61,938 nt of DNA, filler included, from Collodictyon triciliatum (GCA_043381765.1; 6 parts of 6 records of this genome joined end to end with filler, not necessarily neighbours in it); one strand, 5' to 3'. Shown: positions 37,191 to 53,350, counted from the whole stretch's first letter. Numbers and translations are program-made. Notes: a model not told the origin generated them from the letters alone.

Positions 37191-39983
37191 TCAGGCATAA
37201 AGGGAGACTTCGTGGTAGTGGCGTCTGCTAGGTTTCTTTCTTTTTCGAAAGGGGTCTGCAACCAGACATGAGCATCCGCAAAAGAGGATGCCTTGGATGA
37301 TGTAGATGGGCACAAAAACCATATAGAAGCTATGGTCTGTGTCATTTCCAGAATCAAAGACAACCTGCAGGATGATAAGCGAGGCAGAGACAGGCAAGAC
37401 CAGGAACAGCATGCCAGACAGCATCCCGATGGTTCGCAGATAGGACCGGTCGTCAAACTGTCCGTCAAAACACATGAAATCTTCTCCCCAATAAACTGGC
37501 CATAGGCCAGCCTCTATCAGGCAGCATATAATGATACCAATCACAATAAAAACGAGTATCAAGTGGATAAATGCGTAAGATTGTGCATAGTCATCTGCGC
37601 TGACACTTTCTCCGTCCTGCATCCGATCAAGATGACCCCCTAATGTAAACAAAAAGGAAAAGATACTCAAAAGCGAGAGAAGGTAAACTCCAAACTCTAT
37701 CGTGGCATATAAATGGCCGCCAAAAAGTGGGCGCAAACACTGGATGCATGAATGGATACATCCTTTTGTGCTCTTTGTACTCTCATCCACTTCATCTTTG
37801 GTCTCCATTTGCTCAATATCCATAGCTTCTTTCGGTATATCTTCAATATCCACAAGCAAGGGTGAATTTCTCTCGTTTTTCTGAGGTTTAGTATCTTCAG
37901 AACGCTTCGCGTTGATGAGGTATGACCCGCCTTCTTCTTCTCCAATTTTCTTCAGGTATCCTTTTCGAACCTTAGGTTGGTCAATAAGAATATCTGTCAA
38001 ATATCGCCAGAGATGAAAGAGCAGGGCCATCAAGAAAGGGAATATGCAGGTGGTTAACAAGAGGCGCCATGAATAATCCTCACTGTCCCCACCACCGTTC
38101 CTGTAATCATCAATCTTGAGTGCAACTCCCGTCAAGCCAATCAAGACAAGACCTGTGGACATAAGAACAAATGTGCGAGTACAGAGATACCTAACAAAAA
38201 GACTTATCCAAATCCCTGTGCATGTTATCCCCACCAGTAAAGGAGTGAATAAAGTTATGTAGTCTTCATCGTTCAACTCACCGTCGAGCTTAGATGGTAG
38301 TTGTATGCTAAATGTCATCAGAGGTATGTGAACAAAAAACAGTAGGTAAGCAACCATGTATGTCCCTTGAGTAAATTGTTTGGCAGTCCCAGCAACTTCA
38401 CTTTCGTCATCAGATTGGTCAGAATCACTCAGAGGCCCGTTAAAGGATGTCATAGACTCTGTTTCAAAGCTATCACTTTCTTCGCCGCTGGAGCCTACAG
38501 AGGAGTCTAATACAGAGGGTGCAATGTCCACAGTGAGCGCAGAGGTAGCGGAATGTCTTCTCTCGGTCAGTATATCTTTACCAAACACCCCACTTATTCC
38601 ATCAGAGTTTTTGAATGGACCTCGGCGCACCTCTGGTGGTAAAAGGTCCCCTCGTGCTGGACGAATGGTCGGTTCAGGGAATCTGGTTCGTCGGAGTGTT
38701 TCTTTCTGCCAATCTGTATTCCCATTTGCCGTGTAGTTTTGGTGTCCTTTTTGTGAGAGAGCGTCAAAGGGTCGCATCTCTGATTGTATAGTTTCTTTTT
38801 TATTTGTATTTCCAACCATCTTGGTCTCCTCGCTCCCACTATCATCAAATTTGATCATATCTTCATCATGTGCGTGATGTTCAGAGTTTGGGCCTTCGTC
38901 GTAATACAATGCAGAAGGAAATTCTAGCTTGCTCATATCTACCAGATTCCACCTTGGCTCCGATTGCTCATAATAGGACTCTGAATGGAACTCGTCAACT
39001 TCATTCTCTTGCTTATCGATTGGATTATACCCCTCCTCAACGTTCGAATTATGGATTCTGTTACCATGTGAAGCATTTTCAACAGAATGGTGACTCCCTT
39101 CTTGACTGTTTCTTTGGACGTTGCGAGGAGGTTGTATTTTCTGGCTAGGGGAAGAGTAGCGACCTTGTGAGTGGAATTCTTGCGAGTGATAGCCTTGTGA
39201 ATGTTGGCCTTGTGAGTGTTGGCCTTGTGAGTGTTGGCCTTGTGAGTGTTGGCCTTGTGAGTGTTGGCCTTGTGAGTGTTGGCCTTGTGAGTACTGGCCT
39301 TGTGAGTGATAGCCTTGTGAGTGTTGGCTTTGTGAGTGTTGGCCTGGTGAGTGCTGTATTTGTGAGTGTTGGCCTTGTGAGTACTGGCCTTGTGAGTGAT
39401 AGCCTTGTGAGTGTTGGCTTTGTGAGTGTTGGCTTTGTGAGTGCTGTATTTGTGAGTGCTGGCCATGTGAATGTTGGCCTTGTGAGTGTTGGCCTGGTGA
39501 GTGCTGTCTTTGTGAGTGTTGGCCTTGTGAGTGTTGGCCTTGTGAATGTTGGCCTTGTGAGTACTGGCCTTGTGAGTGATAGCCTTGTGAGTGTTGGCTT
39601 TGTGAGTCCTGTCCTTGTGAGTGCTGTATTTGTGAGTGCTGGCCATGTGAGTGTTGGCCATGTGAGTGTTGGCCATATGGTTGTTGTGTTCTCTGACTGT
39701 ATGCAGAGCTAGGGGCTAGCGAGTGAGAGCGTTGCTCGGCGCTTGGGGATAGTGAAGCGTGGTATAGAGAAGGAGGCCGATCTTGAGAGGCTTCCACAGA
39801 AGGGGGTCGATCTGGGGTTTGCAGGAAAGATCCCTTGGCCGAGGTTCTTTCTTCTGAAGCAGGGGTTCGAGGAGGGGCACCGTCTCTATTTTGCAGTTCG
39901 GCACTGGGCACGTTTCTTGAGTCTCTGACTCTGTCGGAATTCTTGCTGCTGCCGCCAGACAGCCGCGAACGGATCCGGTCCAT
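37191..39983 (-). CDS. intronless 930-aa multi-pass membrane protein, TMEM185/Tmemb_185A-like, with N-terminal (QHSQG)n repeats
   Basis: Single ORF. The C-terminal hydrophobic helices include FSIQLPSKLDGELNDEDYITLFTPL and SFYMVFVPIYI, which resemble the 'LxLKLDG...VFxPLW' signature of the TMEM185/60/203 family. Confidence 0.6.
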   Translation of the reverse strand: MDRIRSRLSGGSSKNSDRVRDSRNVPSAELQNRDGAPPRTPASEERTSAKGSFLQTPDRPPSVEASQDRPPSLYHASLSPSAEQRSHSLAPSSAYSQRTQQPYGQHSHGQHSHGQHSQIQHSQGQDSQSQHSQGYHSQGQYSQGQHSQGQHSQGQHSQRQHSPGQHSQGQHSHGQHSQIQHSQSQHSQSQHSQGYHSQGQYSQGQHSQIQHSPGQHSQSQHSQGYHSQGQYSQGQHSQGQHSQGQHSQGQHSQGQHSQGQHSQGYHSQEFHSQGRYSSPSQKIQPPRNVQRNSQEGSHHSVENASHGNRIHNSNVEEGYNPIDKQENEVDEFHSESYYEQSEPRWNLVDMSKLEFPSALYYDEGPNSEHHAHDEDMIKFDDSGSEETKMVGNTNKKETIQSEMRPFDALSQKGHQNYTANGNTDWQKETLRRTRFPEPTIRPARGDLLPPEVRRGPFKNSDGISGVFGKDILTERRHSATSALTVDIAPSVLDSSVGSSGEESDSFETESMTSFNGPLSDSDQSDDESEVAGTAKQFTQGTYMVAYLLFFVHIPLMTFSIQLPSKLDGELNDEDYITLFTPLLVGITCTGIWISLFVRYLCTRTFVLMSTGLVLIGLTGVALKIDDYRNGGGDSEDYSWRLLLTTCIFPFLMALLFHLWRYLTDILIDQPKVRKGYLKKIGEEEGGSYLINAKRSEDTKPQKNERNSPLLVDIEDIPKEAMDIEQMETKDEVDESTKSTKGCIHSCIQCLRPLFGGHLYATIEFGVYLLSLLSIFSFLFTLGGHLDRMQDGESVSADDYAQSYAFIHLILVFIVIGIIICCLIEAGLWPVYWGEDFMCFDGQFDDRSYLRTIGMLSGMLFLVLPVSASLIILQVVFDSGNDTDHSFYMVFVPIYIIQGILFCGCSCLVADPFRKRKKPSRRHYHEVSLYA
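39166..39677 (-). repeat. coding 15-nt tandem repeat encoding (G/S)QHSQ
   Basis: TGTGAGTGTTGGCCT-like units on the plus strand. Confidence 0.95.
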
Positions 39984-40029
39984 CGACTCAGCTACACAGC
40001 GCGAAGAGAAGCTTCCTGTAACCCAATTC

Positions 40030-40110
40030 TGATGAGTGATGAGTGATGAGTGATGAGTGATGAGTGATGTGTGATGTGTGATGTGTGATGTGTGATGTGT
40101 GATGTGTGAT
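40030..40110. repeat. compound 7-mer repeat (TGATGAG)n then (TGATGTG)n, just upstream of the 930-aa gene start
   Basis: Directly visible. Confidence 0.9.
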
Positions 40111-40619
40111 ATATGAGTGTGATGAATGGTATGTGTTTGTGCGGAAAGAATGCGCCTGAAGATCGGACTCGAGAGAGGCTCTGTGCCAAAGGGAGGGATT
40201 TAACGCTGGCACGCAGGGCGCAGAAAGGTAGTGGCCGGTGTGGTAAGAGGAAGGGCGAGAGTGTGCCACTGAATGAGCGTGAACGGAAAGACGACATCAC
40301 ACTACAGCAATCGTTCTCAATATAATAATATAATATATTCAGTGATATCTGGTTACTTGATTGCATGGTTATTGATAAAATATGCACATAATTTGCTAAT
40401 AAATTTTATATTCCAGATTGACAAGTGGTCTACACGTTTGTTTTTTTCGAGCAGACAATAAAATCAAAACGAAAAAGCAATTAAGCTGAAAAAGAAAGCG
40501 AGTGGAAAAATAACTACTGAGACATGAGGCTGGATGCCTGCCACCCAACAGTAATTGATGCGCTTCCACACGACAGGTTCCCCACAGAAACCAAGGAAGC
40601 AACCCAGTTCTTGACGCCC

Positions 40620-44306
<3,687 letters not shown>

Positions 44307-44433
44307 GTGGTGCTTCTTTTTCTTTTTCTTTCTTTTTCTTTTTCTTTCTTTCTTTTTCTTTCTTTTTCTTTCTTTTTCTTTCTTTTTCTTTCTTTTTCTT
44401 TCTTTTTCTTTCTTTTTCTTTCTTTTTCTTTCT

Positions 44434-44533
44434 NNNNNNNNNNNNNNNNNNNNNNNNNNNNNNNNNNNNNNNNNNNNTTAATTAATTAANNNNNNNNNNN
44501 NNNNNNNNNNNNNNNNNNNNNNNNNNNNNNNNN
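44434..44533. other. artificial contig spacer
   Basis: N44-TTAATTAATTAA-N44. Confidence 0.99.
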
Positions 44534-44534
44534 T

Positions 44535-47500
44535 CAGTCTCAGTCTCAATCCCAATCCCAATCCCAATCCCAATCCCAATCCCAATCCCAATCCCAATCC
44601 CAATCCCAATCCCAATCCCAATCCCAATCCCAACCTAACTTACAATCCCAATCTCAACCTCATTTACAATCTCCATCACAGTCCTTGTCTGAATCTTATT
44701 CAAACTCCCTTTTTGAAGGTCAATCAGAAGGTCTCGCTCAATCTCAATCTCAGTCACAACCACAATCTAAATCCCAAACCCAACCTAAATCTCGATCTCG
44801 ATCTCAATCTCAATCTCAATCTCAATCCCAACCCCAACCCCAATCCCAACCGAAATCAAAATCAAAATCAAAATCAAAATCAAAATCAAAATCAAAATCA
44901 AAATCAAAATCGCAGCATCAATCTAAATCTGCGCCCGAAAATGAATCCAGAAGTAAGTCGCCGTTGCTGCAGAGCAAAACTCGAACTCGTTACAGCCATT
45001 CCGTATCATATACAAATTCATTCCCTGCCCTGACAGAGACAAAAAGTTCGTCTGTGTCCAACACCAGAATTCCTAGACAGACAAACACAATCACACCAGT
45101 ATCTCTGAGCCCAAAGTATGAATCGCCCACCATAGCCTCTTCATCCGACTGTGACAAAGGATACTCGCGGAATCAATGCGGGGTGTGTCAAAGAAATGGC
45201 ATTCCAATTGAGATTCAAAGTACATCTTTTGAGCCCTCTAAAATTCTTACGATATCTGACGATTTGTTCTCTTTTAACAAAACCACATTTGCCTCAGCTC
45301 GAGGGTTAACAGCTCATGAAGTTATGATTAGCGCTGGGTCTTTCTCGCAGAAAATCAGAGTGAATTGTTCCCCGCCAGATATCGCATCATCTGTTTTTGG
45401 TTTCTCAAACACAAGAAATTTGACTTTTACTGATACAAAACTAAAATTTTACCTATATGCCAAGACATCTACTGGGTCCAATGTTGTATCCCCTGTGAAT
45501 ATTTCTGTTCGCATTGAGAATTACGAAGAAATCAACGGATTCTGCACCTACAAGGGGGATTCTCCATGCGAGGTCAATCTAGGTCTAAGTCAAGTAATTT
45601 TTCAGAGAGGAGAGCAGTTTTTGAGACCGATTATCAGTTCTGATTTAATTCAGAAGAGTATTCCCCTAATTTCAATCACATACCGTCAAAATATTGCGAC
45701 AGCAAACCAAAACGGAGCCATTTTTGTTTTGTCTCCATTTTCATCCGATACCTCCCAAAAGTACACAATTCCTGTCTACATATTCACCAACAAGCGAAAG
45801 CTTAGTATTCTACAGCTTGAGATCAATCTGAGTTTTATTCCTTCCATTGAAGTAGAAACAACGGATGGATATATGCAGACTACATCAAGTAGAGACGGAA
45901 AAATTGTTATCACTGTTTTGAGTAACTCCAAATCATCTGATTTCAGTATTAAATCACCTGTTATCTTGATAACAGTCCGACTTGATAGCAACACTATAGG
46001 AAAAAGCACTATAATATCATCCATCGTCATATCTGAAATGAAAGATATGAACCAGTCTCCGATAGTTGCATCCGATACCCTGGCAAACATCTTACAAGAT
46101 GGAAAAGTTTCAAAGTCTGCCAAACTAGTATTCCCGTCTGATGATGTATTTGGAGAATTTTTGTTCTCTGATGTATACGACATATTCAACACATATAAGT
46201 TGAATGGGAAAAATGTTAGTCTACCTATTAAAGTCTACCAGTACAGAAAAATCTCTGGCAAGAACCAAGTGAATACTCACTTGTTTGATATCATTAAAAT
46301 CAGTCAAGGAAATGGTTTCGTATCCAATTCAAGCGTGGAAATCGGTGCAAACTCAAATAGAGGAATCTTAAAGATAGAAACGATCGATTCCACAGATTCT
46401 ACAACATTCAATATTTGGAATCCCAGTGCACCCATATCTATTACTGCAAACAATAACAAACTGTCGAAAATATGGATTAATGCATCGTCAACATGCGATA
46501 ATATCTATCAATCATCCCAAATCTATGCAGATGCAACCTTTTCTGATTTGTCTGGCTCATTTAGTGCTGACGTAAGCGCATTGGTGTCTTACACTGTTGA
46601 AGGAAACGCTGCCACCGTCCAGAACGGTACTATTAATGGAGAAAATGCCGGATTTGTAACCATAAGTTCCTCCTTTATAGACTCCAATGATTTGGTGATT
46701 GCAGTGAAAGACACTCCAATCTACATTGATTATATGTCTGTATCTGCTATATTCAACATTTCCTACACGAGTATACCTCAATCAAATGGAAATATTATGA
46801 GTTCATTTGAGTTTGCAATAGCACCTCGCATATTGGGGTATGGTTCTGAAGCTGTGTTAGTTCCCACAGTAAAATTCACAGATGGCTCGTACATCCAAGG
46901 ATTTCTCTCTGATTTAATGACCTATTCTGTTTCAAACCCATTTATTAACTACAACCCTAGTTTTCCGGATACAATCAGAGTAGCGAGAAGCATTTGTGAC
47001 TGGTCCACCAGAGCAACTTTGACAATATGCAGCAAATCCATTCAAACATCGAACGTCGTAGTTGCCTCCACTGTGTCCAACATTCAAAACCTGAATATCA
47101 CTGCCACGAGTTCTAGTCTTGCTCGGTCTAAAAATCTTGCCAATATACTAGGAGTTCCGTCGAAGATTTATTTAAATATTATAGCTAGCTTCGATGACGG
47201 CTCGGAGGTCGACTTTACATCAAACACGTTTCTTCGCTGGGATGATGAATCAGGAGACCCAGATGACCTTATCGCGATAGGGACGAATATATTTGCCAAC
47301 GGAACAAGGTCCTTGTTTATATACGCCGATGGGTTTGGGTATGGAAATGCCACAGTGTACTTTTGGGTTTACTCACACCGTTCTCCGAGAAAGTTCAAAT
47401 TCGACATCAAAGTTATATCATTCACGTCAATGAAGATAAAGATGTCTGCCTTCCCAGAGTACCAAGGGTCCATGGATATCGAAAAGAATGCAATATCCCA

Positions 47501-50500
47501 AATTGGATGCAGCTCGCAATATCAACAGTTGATATCTCGACTTTTCGTGTATTTATCTGACGGGACGATTTATGACGTAAGCTATCATGAGTTGACTTCT
47601 ATAAGTGTAAGCAGACGATTTTATGCAATTGCATCCATGTCTGAAAACATAGTCCGGGCTACTGGAATAAGTAATGGCACTGCATTTGCTATTGCCAGAT
47701 TTGCAAACTCTCCAGTTGTTTCTCAAAAGTTTACAGTCACTAAAGATAGGCTATCTATTTCAAATTTTGATGCTCTCGTTCCAGCTCTTTATTCTGATGT
47801 ATATGAGTCTGTGCATCAGATTAAATATAACATCACATTCGAAGACGGGTCCATAGTAACAGAATTGAATCCCAGAAACGGGCTAGTTATATTCTCTGCA
47901 CCTGCTAACTCATCCATTTTAATCACATCGGGGGGGCTTGTAACTCTGATATCAAACTCTGATACTCAGATTCCCATTACGTTAACTACATGCACAGGAG
48001 ACTCAAAAACCTACTACACAACAGTGAGTCTCACTGCTAGATCTGGTGATGTTGATCTCCTCGTGGCAGACGGGAAAGACCCCAAAGGGGTAACTTTGTA
48101 TGAGAATATTTCCATATACTTATCTACCAATAGCAATACACCTATTGGAAGTTTCCACTATCTATTCTCCTACACTCCTGAGGTTTTGAAGGTGGTCAAT
48201 TGCCAAACGGGTGCTGATTGGGCAGGAGGTGTATTAGAATGCAATATAAACAACCCACCGGGTGTGGTAAAAATCGTCGGTGTCATATATCCTGGACTGC
48301 ATATGAAAGGGGATGTGGTCAGAGTAGGAAAAATAACTTTTCAAGTAAAATCTGGCGGGCTATGTGCTTTCGGTGGTGTGGTGGAGAATATGATACAAAA
48401 CAATATCGACCAAAATCCCATTCCGAACGGGAATAACGGGACATCTTCATATCCGCAAACTTTTCAATCAGGGGCATTGAGCATAACTGTGGCATCATCC
48501 GAAACGGACGAAAATACATTTGATAATTCGAGAACTTTGATGCGCCAGCTATTCAAATCCGAGCCCACATTGGAATCAAAAATCACTCAAAGAAATTCTG
48601 AACCAATTAACACATTCAATTTAACTAGACTATACGAACTCGAGGACCTTCAAACATTGGTGCGCATTTTCACCAATAATGAAATCAAATACACACTACC
48701 CTTATCAATGAACAATGGTGATTTGGACAGGAATGGGAAATCCCAATTCATAGATGTACTGTATGGGACAAGGGTATACCTCGGTAAGTTGGCTGATGTG
48801 AGATTCAGTGCGATTGCTTCCACCCAATCGAACCCATCCTTTCAGCTATCTGTCAACACAACAGACATATATGGATTTGTTTATTCATCCCCAGTCAAAA
48901 TAACCTATTATATCATGGTCGAACCAAGTTTTTCTATGATAATTACGAAAGGGAAAAATAGGGTTCAATATCCGACTTATACGGCTGTCGAAGCTATCGA
49001 CACCGGGAATGGAGTACATTTTGTCGAAGGTTTAATGGGAATGGTCCGAGAAAATATCGGAGTATCATTCTCACAAGTCACATACGACGAGTTTGGTCTC
49101 CCTCAACAAGATCGAATGTATACATACTACTTAAATGGTGCAATAATGGAACCCGTAGCATACATGAACGCATCCTTCAACGGCACTTTACCTCCATCCA
49201 TGGTATCAGCACATTACGAAAAAAACTCTGAATTTATCACAGTTACATTCGATAAGAATACAGACAGAGGGAAGTTTACGAGCGTATTTCCATGCAACAG
49301 TCTATTCTCTGGAGATCACGATATTAATTGCGAATGGATATCTGATTCACAGGTCATACTGCGCACATCCTGTTCAAAAAAATACAAAATTGGATCATTC
49401 TTGCATCTTAAGGAAAATACCTTGTCTCAAAAGGGATCCACTACAACCAGCATAAAAAGTACAGGCCTCATCGACATATCTATTGGAGAATCAAATATGT
49501 TTGTATCCACCTCTTTGGGTGGTCCATCCAGGGTTGGCTCTTGCTCAACAATCAATATCGATACAAGTTCATCCATCCTAGTTTTGGGCAATACTTGCAA
49601 GGAAATAGATTACTCATGGAGCTTTACATCATCCCCCTCCCTCCCATCCAAAAGCAGGGATGAGGTGAATTCGATGCTAGCTAATGCAAAGTCGTCGCTC
49701 ACCCTAAGCGGATCAATCCCAGCTAGCGTCTCCTACATTGTATCTCTTAAGATGGAAACTGTTCTGGGAATATCAAGCACGGCTTCTATAACCGTTTTCA
49801 AATCATCTGTTTCCCTTCCAGAAGTGACCATCAGTGGTCCAGCTATCAACCGAGTTTATGCAAATTCAGTTATTAAATTCGATGGATTGGTAGCTTCCAG
49901 TTCTTGTATCCAAGGGTCAAATGCAACTTATTTGTGGGAGCAAACAATAGGCCCCTCTTTAAATATGAGTACTGAATCATCGAATAGAAGGACTCTTATC
50001 ATTCCTCCATTTAAATTACTGCCAGGGAACTTGTATGGTTTCAAACTCAGAGGATGCATTATAGATAAAACAAATAGGCTGTTATGTAACCAACAATCTG
50101 TATGGGCAGACGTTCAGACTTTGGGTATAGATGCAATAATCAAAGGAGGCAGTTATGCGATAGTAGGTACTGTCAAACCATTCAGTGTCGATGCTTCCTC
50201 TTCCAAGCTGTTAGATGTCGAAATTCAAGTACCAGGAGACCTCATATTTACTTGGGAATGCATAGATATAATTTCCAACTTGACTTGCGCGGATGCATAT
50301 AGTGAGCCCTTTATTTTTGACGATACTCCAATAATCACATTCAACCAGACATCACAACCGTCATTACCTCCAGGGCATTACAAATTCTCTGTAGTAATTG
50401 AATCTCAGAGTACGCCATCAGCTGGGACCTCTGTTGCGGTAAAATACATTCAAGTATTGGAAGGGGATCCACCCATAGCAGAGATTATTGCTCCCTCTGT

Positions 50501-53350
50501 TTCGAATTTTAATTACGAATCGCCCTTGTTCTTACAGTCAAGAGTATCAGTTCCAGGCAATCATACATATAATGTAACATGGAGCTTAGCACAAGGGGCC
50601 TCGTCATTAAGTGCCCTGGGCGTATCTGCATCTGCCATAAACCAGGATACTCTTCTGATACCCGGAAACGGAATGAGCCCTGGTGGTAGATATGTCGTGC
50701 AGCTGAATGTCGTAGACGAAATTACCATGTTACAAGGAGTTGCCACGCTTACGATTCAGAACAAATTTCCCCCGTACGGAGGAAGTTGGGATATCAAAAA
50801 GTCACCTGATGGCTCTATTTATACATACGACATCACTATATCAGATTGGGCTACATCAATTGCTTCATATCCGTTGTTTTATGCGATAGGCTTGGTATCA
50901 ACCAGCGACGAAGTAGTCATTTTATCATCTTATTCGAAGACCACAAAAAGATCTGTAATTGTATCAGGCCTGCCTGCAAAGATTAGTGGAGGAAATAAAC
51001 CGACAGTTGAATTGGTCCTGTATGTTTTAGACTCTACAGGGTCACTGGTGTCAATCACCGGTACAGCCAATTATTATCCTTTGAATTTTGAAACCGAGGA
51101 AAGCGCTGTTTCGTTTGTGCAGAATAACGTGAATAACGCCATGCGAGAGGCATACGAGTCAGGACACATGGATTTATTGGTACAAATTGGCCTTCAATCG
51201 ATTTCCGTGATTAACTCGTTCAATCCTCCAGTATTCTCTGGGACTCTCACACCTTTCCAATACCAGACCGTCAACCTTACAGAGGCAATTTTCAATTACA
51301 TGTTGTTGGCTAACCCAATATCTGCCATATCTTCGACGTCACAAGCCAGTAACTATATAGCACTGGTATCATTGCTGGTTCAAAACCCATGCATGACGAA
51401 TTCTATGGCAGATAAAACAATATCTGAGGTCAAAAAGGTATCTGGTGAGTTATTTACTTATTCACATACAGGTTTTGTTATTTTTGTTTCTTTTCAGTTA
51501 TTTATCTTGGATTTTTTTTGTTTGTTTTCGTTTTCCTTTGTTTTCATTCAGTTGAAAATTAATTTGTTTATGCCATGTCCTAGATATGTTGTTGGGCAAG
51601 GGATTTGTTGTTAGTCCTTCATCCAGTGGCCTGCTTATAGGGATCTATTCATTTGTGGGCTCATTCTACGAAGCTACTGATCAGCAAGATAAAATAACTC
51701 TTCTCTCTGAAGTCCAGCGAGAGGCTACGAAGGCGATTGCAAAGTTGTCCCTTAATCTCCCTTGGAACACCAACTTTGTGTATTCCTTGGCATCTACTAG
51801 TATCCAAATGGCTGCAAGAAGAGTCCTTCAATCCGGAAGTCAGTTTGGCTTGGAAGTTCCAAGTGACCCAGCCACTGCGATTTCAATACCTCTTGAATCT
51901 CTGGAGCATCTGAAGGATACCGTGGTTTTTGGCTCGACTGCAAGGCTCGGACCAGCTAACAGCATGTACAACTTGGTGGTGGATTCCGCCTACCTAACTA
52001 TTGAGGCTGAAAGATTGCCATCGTACTCTGCAGTTGTCGTCCAGAATCTTACCTCCAATTTAGTAGTTCGTTTGCCTCGGTACACCTCTCTGCCTGGTGG
52101 TCGAAATGTTGCACCGATATGCATGGTATATATCAAGGCTTCAGCCTCGTGGTCTTCACTATATTGTAGCATGACAAACTTCACCGACTCTGATGCCGTG
52201 TGTGAATGCAGTCGGTTTGGGACCATATCCACGTTTATTATCGCACCTACACACAGTGTGTCCAACAGACCCTCTAGGACGCAGTCGGCATCACGCAACA
52301 ATGGAAACCAAAACATCGATGAGAGCGACTATGATTTTGTATCGCTTGTAATCGGTGTTGTATTTGGTACTTTCGGTGGGGTTATGATTTGTGGAGGATG
52401 CTGTGTATTCCTCGTTGCCAGACGGCGCCGCAATCGTGTAGAACGGAAAGAAGAGGACCACTCAGTCATGTATGTTTTCCCCTTATTTTTCTTCATAAAT
52501 ATATCATATTACATGCTCTTCAAACATGACAACCTAAAGAAAGGGTTTAATAGAGCGAATTGAAACATTATCTCCATTTCTATTTGTCTTTTTTTTTTAA
52601 TTCGCCCTTTATCCGATTCAGAATGTTCTCTTCGCCGTGTAAAATAAAGAGAGAATATGCTACTTATGTCTTAGGCACTCACCACACCACACACACAGAC
52701 GCCACGAAGCACCCAAGGTCCAGTCGTCATCCAGCGCAATAGCGGTCGCAATGGGGCCGATGGGCTCGCCCTTGCCAAAGACTGCGGGACATGCCAGCAG
52801 AGCCCACATGGCCGCTCCGTTTGAGAACCAAACCCCAGCAGAGATGATTCCGAATGCCGTTATGTTTGCTGCCGAGCCAGAGAAGCACGCACTGCCACCC
52901 GACCGACTGAAAAACTACATCGTCCCGAACTTGGGCGGCGATAGCCGCGCAGAGTCCCAGCCACCGGTCGCAGGCGAGGGCCAACACATCCGAAGTGAGG
53001 CGCATCTCGACCAGCACGACGCTCAGCAAACTCAGAGCGAAGCGCATCACGTCCAAAGTGAAGGCCATCACACAAGCCACTCGCTCCCGCCGAAGCAGCT
53101 GGGCAGTCTGGGCGAGCGCCACCAAAGCAGCTCCCTTCTGTCGCACCATAGAGTCCCCACACTCCCGCCGCTTCACGCAGGCTCTCACGCAGCCCATCTA
53201 CCGGAGCTTCACAAGGGACACGGAAGCGTGATTCTGCCTCCTCTGCACTTGCCACAACCACCGGATGCCACTCACAACCACAACCCTAACATTAACCACA
53301 GCCACAACCAAAACCACGCCAACCATGATTCTTCAAGCACACCCCAATAG
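44535..53350 (+). CDS. giant single-pass cell-surface protein: SQ/SK low-complexity region, TMEM132-like cohesin/Ig region, cohesin-like + dockerin-like modules, REJ/PKD module, GPS-like motif, TM helix and His/Pro-rich tail; 5'-truncated
   Basis: The frame is open from the contig edge to the donor GTGAGT at ~51446. It joins in phase to exon ~51584-52469 (ORF 51586) and then exon ~52675-53350 (ORF 52751). Motifs: YQSSQIYADATF...ADVSALV and YQQLISRL...DGTIYDVS (TMEM132-type Ig repeats); GDVDL...IGSFHYLFSYTPEVLKVVNC...CNINNPPGVVKIVG (cohesin-like); GDLDRNGKSQFIDVLY (dockerin-like); YLWEQTIGP...LIIPPFKLLPGNLYGFKL...IIKGG...VDASSS...FTWEC...PPYGG (REJ); C...WSSLYC...CEC (GPS); LVIGVVFGTFGGVMICGGCCVFLVARRRR (TM + stop-transfer). 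Confidence 0.8.

Noticed and set aside
38939-39712. ORFs with (ANTHK)n and (VSVGL)n repeats
   Set aside because: These are alternative frames of the QHSQG repeat within the 930-aa ORF.
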